Assembly (NCBI GenBank): GCA_964016885.1
Contig: OZ024741.1
Location: forward strand, 342,364,001 to 342,428,000
Direction of reading: 5' to 3'
Length of the DNA stretch: 64,000 nt
Origin: Eledone cirrhosa
Lineage: Eukaryota
Part shown: positions 53,470 to 64,000 of the stretch, in pieces
Layout of the letters: each line of letters starts with the position of its first letter
Position numbering within the stretch: the first letter of the stretch is position 1
Notes under the pieces: model-generated
Databases searched by the model: none
The model's input: only the letters and a program-made list of their open reading frames with translations
What the model was told of the DNA's origin: nothing
Translations under genes and position numbers: made by a program

Positions 53470-54292
53470 GTAGATAGATAGGTAGATAGATAGATAGCTA
53501 TATATATAGAGAGAAATAGAGAAAGTGGAAAAGAGAGAGACAACAACCGTATGAGTTGGTATATGTGTGTATGTGAGTGAGTGTGTCTCTGTGAGTGTGT
53601 GTGTGGTGTGTGAGAGTGTATGTCAACGAGTGCATGCATGTGTTTGTATGCTCACGTGTAGGCACACACATATATAACAAGAAGCAGAGATAGTAAGGCT
53701 CAATATGTATATATATATATATATAATATATATATATATATACACAGTTAAAGAGTAACCAATCTTAAAGAGAGAGATTGAGATAGTAGAGGAGATATGA
53801 GAGGAAAGATTGGTGAGTTAGTTAGAAGCCAAAGCGTAAAGGCATGTGCTCAATGTGCAATATGCAGTAGAAAGCAGCTAGGTGGCTGGGTTCATGCAGA
53901 AGTTAGGTGCGCAGAGCTGGGAATATTCATTAGTTAAGCAAAACAAGACCACAAATTTCACAAGGAAGACATTATTAAAAGATTGTCAACATATTTAGTT
54001 TGATGTAAGGAATGTAGAGAATAATAATAATAATAATATTAATAATAATAATGCCCGTTTACAATTGTTTCGCTACTCCGTATAATATGGCTGCCCATAT
54101 TGCAGCCATATTGTTACCCATATGCAGCCATATTGTTACCCATAGGCAGATCTCACACAATGCAGCCTCGACAGATGAGTACTGTTTGATTATGGCTGAC
54201 AGCTGATGAAACGAAGGCACTATAGTAAAAACTAATATATGGAACATTATATTATGTAACATTATTTTAATTTATATTCCTTTGAGTTCCGA

Positions 54293-55053
54293 TGAGCCAA
54301 GACTTGTTTCGCTTTGGTTGAAGCTTATCAAGGCCAACTACCCCATTAAGCATAAAGTGTATTGCAAAATACATTATATATACATCCATATATATATTGC
54401 TATTTCAGAGCTCCAATTCTAATTTTTAATTTCTGCCTGACCAACAATCGCTCTGCATAATCAGCTCCTGATTATTTACTAGATTTCTATAAGAATATAA
54501 CATCAATGATCTCAGTAGACAGGTGGGGTAGTTGGCCTTGATAAGCTTCAACCAAAGCGAAACAAGTCTTGTCGGCTTATCTCCCCTGTTTGCTGAGATC
54601 AAAGTGAGTGAATTTGTCACTACTTTAAAACAATAGCTTACGGTCTTCAAAATGCTTTTAATTAAGCATAAAGTGTATTGCAAAATACATTATATATACA
54701 TCCATATATATATTGCTATTTCAGAGCTCCAATTCTAATTTTTAATTTCTGCCTGACCAACAACCGCTCTGCATAACCAGCTGCTGATTATTTACTAGAT
54801 TTCTATAAGAATATAACATCAATGATCTCAGTAGACATGTGGGGTAGTTGGCCTTGATAAGCTTCAACCAAAGCGAAACAAGTCTTGTCGGCTTATCTCC
54901 CCTGTTTGCTGAGATCAAAGTGAGTGAATTTGTCACTACTTTAAAACAATAGCTTACAGTCTTCAAAATGCTTTTAATTAAGCATAAAGTGTATTGCAAA
55001 ATACATTATATATACATCCATATATATATTGCTATTTCAGAGCTCCAATTCTA
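54293..55053 (+). mobile_element. 316-bp tandem retrozyme-like array (2.25 copies) with an inverted 5' fragment; variant hammerheads at 54534-54577 and 54850-54893
   Basis: attaagcataaag recurs at 54345, 54661 and 54977. Hammerhead reads ggcc-UUGAUAA-gcuu caacca aagc-GAAACaag u cuuGUC-ggcu. Confidence 0.85.
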
Positions 55054-55217
<164 letters not shown>

Positions 55218-55259
55218 ACACACACACACACACATATATGTATATATATATATACAGAT

Positions 55260-55319
<60 letters not shown>

Positions 55320-55325
55320 ATATAC

Positions 55326-55356
<31 letters not shown>

Positions 55357-55366
55357 TGTATGTATG

Positions 55367-57597
55367 TTTTCTCTTTCTCTTAATTTCGAGTATATTTTTT
55401 TGACCGGCCACCTTCCTAGTGGCAAGGTTGTAAAAGAAAAGAAATTGTCATCCCTTGAATCGCAAGAATGTTTTGCAAATTTTGAAGGTGCCAGCTATCG
55501 CAGCCATTTGTAGACTATGAATTAGGGAGCTGCGCTTTTTGTCCGCAAATCCAAGTTCGGTCATACTTTGGTCCAAGCGGGTTGGTATATAACCCGTAGC
55601 ACCAATAATGATGGGTATGAAGCTAAAGGTGTATCTTGGATACTGGATTTGTAAACTCCTCATCAATGGTCCGTAGATGTCCTCCTTCTCCTGTATTTTT
55701 CTGACAACGTTTACATCAAGTGGGCAGCTGATCTCCACAACAGAACACGTTTTCAATGTGTGGTCCCAAACTACAATATCAGGCCGGTGTGCTTTAATTT
55801 GGTGGCAGTTTTTATTTTCAGGTTCCACCAGTATTCCTTAGTGCCATCTGTCTCAATATATTCTTCCTCGTTTGTTGTTAATTTTGTTTTCCGAAGTGCG
55901 TTCCAGATGGTTCTAGCTATCCCATCGTGTCTCATGGGGAGGTAGTAGCGAGATGACATTCTTTCGCAGCTGGCAACAATGTGGCTTACATCCTCGATCT
56001 TTGTTTTACAAAGCCTACATTTATTGTCAGCTGCTGGCCCTCCTCTTTTGTGCAGCAGATATTTGGTAGGGAGTTCTTGTTCCTGTATTGCATAGAGATA
56101 TCCCTCAAGGTGTGATGTCATAAACTTGTCGGAACTCCATGCCAGGCTTTTTGAGTGGTTTATCCCCTCTATGGTCTGTGTTTTACGCCTCAAGTATCCA
56201 TCCACAACTTTTTCTGTAAATTGGTCAATTTTTTTATCTTGTTTGAACATTGAATAGGATCTTCCGATTTCTCTGGGTGAGAGATTTATATCAGGCTTTA
56301 TTCCATATCTCTCCTCCAGATCAGTCGCTATTCTAATGATATTTCTTTTTTCATGCTCATAAACCTGAGCAAGATGGTTGCCAACCTTTTTCCTCTGTTG
56401 AAGGTGTTGCTTCAGTGTTACTATCCGGGTCTCATATGTTGTTAATATTGATTTTAGACCCCGGCCACCTTCCTTGCGTGAGAAGTATAGCCTATCCACA
56501 TCACCATTGATGTTAAAGTTCCCAGTAACACTGAGAAGTTTGCGAGTTCTAACATCCATCTCACTTAGTTCTTGCAATGACCAGTTTAGTAGGCCAAATG
56601 TTGGCGTTAGAATTGGCACAGCATAAGTATTGTGGGCAATGTATTTGTTGTATGCTGACAGTTCTGATGACCATATTTTCTTTACTCTTCTGAGGTATTC
56701 AGTTCTGGTTCTCTCCTTATTTATCATATCTGACATTCTCATCCTGTCCAAGATATCTGTAGTTGTCACCTGACTGCAGAGGTTGTATTGTCAGGCCGTT
56801 CATCTCTAGATTTCTAGAGGAGGGCACAGCTCTTCCACGTTTTACTGCCAAATATGCACACTTGGACTCACCAAATTTCATTTTGATGTCGGTTGAAAAT
56901 TGTGTAATGAGGTCCAATTGTTTCTTGATGTCATTGATATTTGGCCCATACGACTTCAGGTCATCAACAAAGAAAAGATGGGAGATACTTCTGGGCCCAC
57001 TTCTTTGTCCACCTTGTTTCCTGAGTAGGTAAGATAGTGGATTCAGTGAGAGAACGAAGAGTAGTACTGACAAGCTATCACCCTGAAAGATGCCCTTCTG
57101 GTAATGTATCTTATCAGTCTTAACCTGCTCCTTCTCACCTCTAAGGATCAAATTGGTGTACCAGTTCTTGGTCAGGCGTTCAACAGCAGCTACCAATGGT
57201 TGTGGGACTTTAGCTAACTGTAAAGCCTTAATAATCCACCCATGAGGTACACTATCAAATGCTTTTTGATAGTCCAGCCACACGACAGTCATGTTTCTGC
57301 GATTCTTTGTTGTTTTTTCCTGAATCATTTTGTTAGTTAGTAGGTGATCTATGCAACCCCACACCTCCCTCTTTCCACCAGCTTGCTCAGGTGTTATGAT
57401 GTTGTTGGTAGCACAGTGATCCTGTAAGAACAGGTTAAGGCACCCAGTATATAATTTATACATGATGTTTTGGCAGGCAATTGGGCGGTAATTTTTAGCA
57501 AGGGTGGTTTGGCTATTTTTGGGAATGAGGAGAGTAGTGGCAGTTGATAACCATCTAGGCAGTTCTTGTGTGCCCTTAATGGTTTCTGTAAACAGCC
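55367..57597 (-). mobile_element. 5'-truncated R4-clade LINE (RT + CCHC + RLE) inserted in (CATA)n, with two frameshifts
   Basis: Motifs NYRPIAC, WLDYQKAFDSVPH, GIFQGDSLS, FFVDDLK, YRYLG, CRLCKTKIEDVSHIVASC and RPDIVVWD..VVEISCP. (TATG)n lies at 55328-55366 and 57598-57683. Confidence 0.92.
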
Positions 57598-57699
57598 GTA
57601 TGTATGTATGTATGTATGTATGTATGTATGTATGTATGTATGTATGTATGTATGTATGTATGTATGTATGTATGTATGTATGTATATATATATATAATT

Positions 57700-57880
57700 A
57701 ATTGCTATCGTGTGTGTGTGTATATATATATATATGTATATCATTATTGTTGTTGTTGTCGTTATTATTATTGTTGTTATTATTATTATTATTATTGTTA
57801 TTAATAAATATATATATATATATATATTTTTTTTTGTTCGTGCAATGGCCATACTCGATAACGAGGGGGCAGCCATCATA
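57700..57880 (+). mobile_element. Solo 3' UTR of the RTE family at 4771-8012
   Basis: ttgctatcg(tg)n..ttattgttgttgtcgttattattattgttgtt(att)n..poly-T..tcgtgcaatggccatactcgataacgagggggcagccatca. This is the same order as 6323-6465 joined to 7715-7997. Confidence 0.8.
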
Positions 57881-57933
57881 TATATATATATATATATGTA
57901 TATAAATATATATAGAATATATATATATGTATG

Positions 57934-57964
<31 letters not shown>

Positions 57965-58644
57965 GTATATATACATATATATATATACGTACATATATAT
58001 ATGTGTGTATATTTATTTGTATGTACGTAATGTATGTATGTATACATGCACGTATGCATGCTTGAATGTATGTAGTATGTTTATATATACGTATGTACAT
58101 AATGTAAATATATAATGTATGTATGTATGTATGTATGTATGTATGTATGTATGTATGTATGTATGTATGTATGTATGTATGTATGGATGGATGGATGTAT
58201 GGATGGATGGATGCATATATATATATATATACAGTATATATAGGTGTGTGTGTGTGTGTGTGTGTGTGAGTGAGTGTGTGTGAGTGAGTGTGTTTTTGTA
58301 TAAAATTTCCTGTTTGTTGTCGTTGTTGCTGTTGTTGTTACTGTAGTTGATGTCTTTGTTGTTGTTGCTGTTGTTGCTGTTGATGTCTTTGTTGTTGCTG
58401 TTGTTGTCACTGTAGTTGTTGTTGTCGTCTTTGTCGTTGTTGTTACTGTTGTTGCTGTTGTCGTCGTTGTTGTAGTAGTAGTAGTAGTAGTAGTAGTTGT
58501 TGTTGTTGTTGTTGTTCTTGTTGTTTCTAACCAATTCGGTAGCGTGATTGTGAATGGCGTGTTTCTCTTTCTGGTTTCTAATAGATCTGTAGAACAGGAA
58601 GGGAGAAAACTTTGAATGGCATCGAAGTGGCTCTGGTTACACCA

Positions 58645-58681
<37 letters not shown>

Positions 58682-59329
58682 CACATACGCATAGATGCAC
58701 ACACACACATTCACACACATATTCACAAGCACACACATATTCACAAGCACACAGACACACACATATGCACATAAATGCATACACACACATGCACACACAC
58801 ACACAGACACATACACACACGAACACATGCACACGAATACATGCACACATGCACACACACACACACGCACTTTTACACACAGACCCCTACACACACACTT
58901 ACCCAAACATGTACTCACACACATACACATACACATACATGCCCACACACACATGCACACACACACATATACAGAACACACACACACAGTACACACACAC
59001 GCAGTACACACACACGCAACACATACACACACACGCATTACACACACACGTAACACATACACACAGGCTACACACACAAACATGTAGATATATAAGATTA
59101 GCGAAAGAAAATATTTCGTATAACATTCGTCTGTTATGTAACTATCGTTTCTGTAACCACCCTGCTCTTAGTTGAAGTGTGTCTTTCCAGTATTGTACAC
59201 AGGAATTTATTTGAATTGGCCGCCGATTAGCAGTATTTCCTGCACATCGAAAATCAAGCTTTCATAATGAGTGTTAACCGTCACATACACCTGGTTATCG
59301 GTCATTTTATCATCTACAATTTAATAAAC

Positions 59330-59411
<82 letters not shown>

Positions 59412-59660
59412 AAAAGTAAATGGATAAAAACAACTAAAAAAAACAAAGTACAATGAAAAAATATATTAGTTTAACGCTTAATGTATTGTGTGCCAGGCTG
59501 TATCCCCCTTTGTATGTATATAGAATGTAATAGTTTGGGTGTATCCGTTCTAGTGTAGTTTCCGATGCTTATGTCGACAAGATGTCCAGCTTTTTTCTTT
59601 ACTCAGTATAGGGTATTGTATAATATATGGGTCTTTCACAAGTTCATTATTATGTGGATT

Positions 59661-60486
59661 GGTGGATTGGCAGTATCGGTAGAGGGTCGGACGCCATGCT
59701 TTCCAGCATAGTTACGTCCCTTTACCATCTGAGTTCAAATCCCGCCGAGGTTGACTTTGCCTTTTATCCTTACGGGGTCGATAAAATAAAGTACCAGTAA
59801 TACACTGAGATAATTGCTTGCCTTGTGCCAAAAGTAGAAACAATTATTATGTGGATTGGTAGTATCGGTAGAGGGTCGGACGCCATGCTTTGCAGCAAAG
59901 AGCTACGGCCCTTTATGGTCTGAGTTCAAATCCCGCCGAGGTTAACTTTGCCTTTCATCCTTACGGGGTCGATGAAATAAAGCACCAGTAATGCACTGGG
60001 ATAATTGCTGGCCTTGTGCCAAAAGTAGAAACAATTATTATGGTTACTTTTCGGAAGAGCGTCGGACAACATGATTTGCGGCGTATAGTTACGTCCTTTT
60101 ACGTTCTGAGTTCAAATCCCGCCAAGGTTAACTTTGCCTTTCATCCTTACAGGGTCGATAAAATAAAGTACCTGTAACACATCGGAGTCGATCTAATCGA
60201 CTTGCCCTTCCCCAAAATTGTTGGCCTTGTGCCTAAATTAGAAACCATTACTATAGTTATTTGTTGAGGGTGGTGGATTGGAAGTATTGGTAGAGCGTCG
60301 GACACCATGCTTTGCAGCATAGAGTTACGGTCCTTTACGGTCTGAGTTCAAATCCCGCCGAGGTTAACTTTGCCTTTCATTCCAATGGGGTTAATAAGAG
60401 AAAGTACCAGTAGTGCACGGGGATCGATTTAATCGACTTCCCCTTCTTCAAAATTGTTGGCATTATGCATAAATCAGAAACCATTG
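59661..60486 (+). mobile_element. Four head-to-tail copies of the abundant tRNA-derived SINE
   Basis: Repeated ggattggcagtatcggtagag...gagttcaaatcccgccgagg...ccttgtgcc..agaaacaatt. Confidence 0.88.
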
Positions 60487-60982
60487 TTATGGTAATATTT
60501 GGTCGATAATGATGTATTTTTGTTGTAAAACCCAGCATGTTTATTAAGAGGATGAGTAGGTTACGGATAAACCACTTCTACACTTCTACGCTTAATATAT
60601 TCCCCAGGAAAAACCAATGTGATAATGTGTGACAAGCCTGAAACTTTGTTACATGTGTAGTCAACCTGACGGACTTCCACACGGTTTCTGTCTACCAAGT
60701 TTTGCAAATATCCGAATCAATGAAAGAGTATATATAGTATCGAACACGGTATCACATAATGGGGAAGATAATTTCTTACCTACAAGCCAGTTCCTATGGT
60801 GACCATATGTATGTATATATATACTCACACGCGTATAGTATATATATTCATGTACATATATAGAAACGTACATACATGCACATACATATGTACGCACACA
60901 CAAATATATATGTATATATGTGTGTGTGTGTGTGTGTGTATGTATGTGTATGCATTTATGTACTTATGTATATATGCGTGTG

Positions 60983-61019
<37 letters not shown>

Positions 61020-61092
61020 ATATATATATATATATTACTATTTGGTTCCTTCAGTTGAGTACTCTTCAGACTTTGAAACAATATGCAGAAAC

Positions 61093-61129
<37 letters not shown>

Positions 61130-61225
61130 ACAGACACACACACACACACATATATATATATGTATATATAGACATACATACGTTCACACACACACAGGTA
61201 CACATTCACACACACACACACACAG

Positions 61226-61309
<84 letters not shown>

Positions 61310-61373
61310 GTATATATAGACATACATACGTTCACACACACACAGGTACACATTCACACACACACACACACAG

Positions 61374-61457
<84 letters not shown>

Positions 61458-61734
61458 GCATATACAGCCACATGAATGTATGTATATAATATAGACTGCA
61501 GAAAGTCGGCTGCACTTCTTTATCGTCTACCAGCTCCACCTGATACATTCCAGTAAGCTGTACACATCAATGGATACCAATTTCCGTCTGGCTTTGACGG
61601 TGACCTCTACAACAGGTCACTATTCTAATGTATCCCGTAATCACCGAACCATTTATTAAGAATCCAAACATTTCGGCTTGTCTGTGATATTGACCCGAAC
61701 AATATCTAAAATAAAAGCACTTTCTGTATGACGA

Positions 61735-64000
61735 CAGTGGTGGTGGTGGTGGTGGTGGTGGTGTTGGTGGTGGTGGTGGTGTTGGTGTTGGTAGTGGTGG
61801 TGTTGGTGGTGGTGGTGGTAGTGGTGTTGGTGGTGTTGTTGTTGGGAGTGGTGGTGTTGTTGGTGGTGCTGGTAGTGGTGCTGGTGGTGTTGGGTGTTGG
61901 TAGTGGTGGTGTTGGTGTTGGTGTTGGTGTTGGTAGTGGTGGTGTTGGTGGTGTTGGTGGTAATGGTGGTGGTGGTGTTGGTGTTTGTAGTGGTGGTGTT
62001 GGTGTTGATGGTGGTGTTGGTATTGGTGTTGGTGGTGTTGGTGTTGGTAGTGGTGGTGTTGGTGGTGTTGGTGGTGTTGGTTGGTGGCGATTATGGTGGT
62101 GGTGGTAGTGCTGGTGGTTGTGGTGATGGTGGTGGTGTTGGTAGTGGTGACGGTGGTGTTGGTAGTGGTGGTGGTGGCGGTGTTGGTGTTGGTAGTGGTG
62201 GTGTTGGTGGTCGTGTTGGTGGTGGTGGTGGTGTTGGTGGTGGTGTTGGTAGTGGTGGTGTTGGTGGTGTTGGTGTTGATAGTGGTGGTGTTGGTGGTGG
62301 TGTTGGTAGTGGTGGTGGTGGTGTTGGTGTTGGTAGTGGTGGTGTTGGTGGTCGTGTTGGTGGTGGTGGTGGTGTTGGTGTTGGTAGTGTTGGTGTTGGT
62401 GGTGGTGTTGGTAGTGGTGCTGATGGTGCTGGTAGTGGTGGTGTTGGTGGTGGTGTTGGTAGTGGTGGTGGTGGTAGTGTTGGTGTTGGTGGTGGTGTTG
62501 GTAGTGGTGGTGTTGGTGGTGGTGTTGGTAGTGGTGTTGGGTAGTGGTGGTGTTGGTGTTGGTGTTAGGTAGTGGTGGTGGTGGTGTTGGTTGGTGGGGA
62601 TTATGGTGGTTGTGGTGGTGGTGGTGGTAGTGGTGGTCGCGGTAGTGATTATGGTGTGAATGAAGGTGGTGGTATGGTGGTGGTGGTAGTGCTGGTGGTT
62701 GTGGTGGTGGTAGTGTTGGTGGTGTTGCTGTTGGTAGTGTGGGTGGTGTTGGTGTTGGTAGTGTTGGTGGTGTTGGTGTTGGTAGTGTTGGTGGTGTTGG
62801 TGTTGGTGTTGGTAGCGTTGGTGGTGTTGCTGTTGGTAGTGTTGGTGGTGTTGGTGTTGGTAGTGTGGGTGGTGTTGCTGTTGGTAGTGGTGTTGGTGTT
62901 GGTGTTGGTAGTGTTGGTGGTGTTGCTGTTGGTAGTGTTGGTGGTGTTGGTGTTGGTAGTGTTGGTGGTGTTGCTGTTGGTAGTGGTGTTGGTGTTGGTG
63001 TTGGTAGTGTTGGTGGTGTTGGTGTTGGTAGTGTTGGTGGTGTTGCTGTTGGTAGTGGTGTTGGTGTTGGTGTTGGTAGTGTTGGTGGTGTTGGTGTTGG
63101 TAGTGGTGTTGGTGTTGCTGTTGGTAGTGTTGGTGGTGTTGCTGTTGGTAGTGTGGGTGGTGTTGGTGTTGGTAGTGTTGGTGGTGTTGCTGTTGGTAGT
63201 GTTGGTGGTGTTGCTGTTGGTAGTGTTGGTGGTGTTGGTGTTGGTAGTGGTGTTGGTGTTGCTGTTGGTAGTGTTGGTGGTGTTGGTGTTGGTAGTGTTG
63301 GTGGTGTTGCTGTTGGTAGTGTTGGTGGTGTTGCTGTTGGTAGTGTAGGTGGTGTTGGTGTTGGTAGTGGTGTTGGTGTTGCTGTTGGTAGTGTTGGTGG
63401 TGTTGCTGTTGGTAGTGTTGGTGGTGTTGGTGTTGGTAGTGTTGGTGGTGTTGCTGTTGGTAGTGTTGGTGGTGTTGGTAGTGGTGTTGGTGTTGCTGTT
63501 GGTAGTGGTGTTGGTGTTGCTGTTGGTAGTGTTGGTGGTGTTGGTGTTGGTAGTGTTGGTGGTGTTGCTGTTGGTAGTGTTGGTGGTGTTGCTGTTGGTA
63601 GTGTTGGTGGTGTTGGTGTTGGTAGTGGTGTTGGTGTTGGTGTTGGTAGTGGTGTTGGTGTTGCTGTTGGTAGTGTTGGTGGTGTTGGTGTTGGTAGTGT
63701 TGGTGGTGTTGCTGTTGGTAGTGTTGGTGGTGTTGCTGTTGGTAGTGTTGGTGGTGTTGCTGTTGGTAGTGGTGTTGGTGTTGGTGTTGGTAGTGTGGGT
63801 GGTGTTGCTGTTGGTAGTGTTGGTGGTGTTGGTGTTGGTAGTGGTGTTGGTGTTGCTGTTGGTAGTGTTGGTCGTGTTGGTGTTGGTAGTGTTGGTGGTG
63901 TTGCTGTTGGTAGTGTTGGTGGTGTTGCTGTTGGTAGTGTTGGTGGTGTTGCTGTTGGTAGTGGTGTTGGTGTTGGTGTTGGTAGTGTGGGTGGTGTTGC
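61735..64000. repeat. Complex (TGG/TGT/TAG) trinucleotide-based array running off the window end
   Basis: Read directly. From about 62700 it is built from a ~24-bp unit gtgttggtggtgttg(c/g)tgttggta. Confidence 0.95.

Overview
AT-rich eukaryotic non-genic DNA, dense in microsatellites. The SINE and LINE repertoire suggests an animal, probably a cephalopod or other mollusc (inference only). I found no convincing host protein-coding gene, and most predicted ORFs are artefacts of simple repeats. The real content is mobile elements. There is one apparently intact Penelope-like element (PLE: RT + GIY-YIG ORF between ~735-bp pseudo-LTRs) plus PLE fragments. At least 8 families of short non-coding PLE/retrozyme-like units occur as tandem and fold-back copies, mostly within (TA)n. 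Together with the PLE pLTRs they carry about 18 type I hammerhead ribozyme motifs, several with non-canonical cores (U3-A8 swap, U4A). LINEs comprise an RTE with three C-terminal zinc fingers and its non-autonomous partner in (TATG)n, one (TAA)n-targeted Dong/R4-type element, two distinct R4-type elements in (CATA)n, and a CRE-type fragment. Also present are a DD37D (maT) Tc1/mariner transposon, Helitron-type, pogo-, hAT- and piggyBac-type MITEs, many tRNA-derived SINEs and large complex (CCA)n/(TGG)n arrays. All folds and alignments were done by eye and none were computed.
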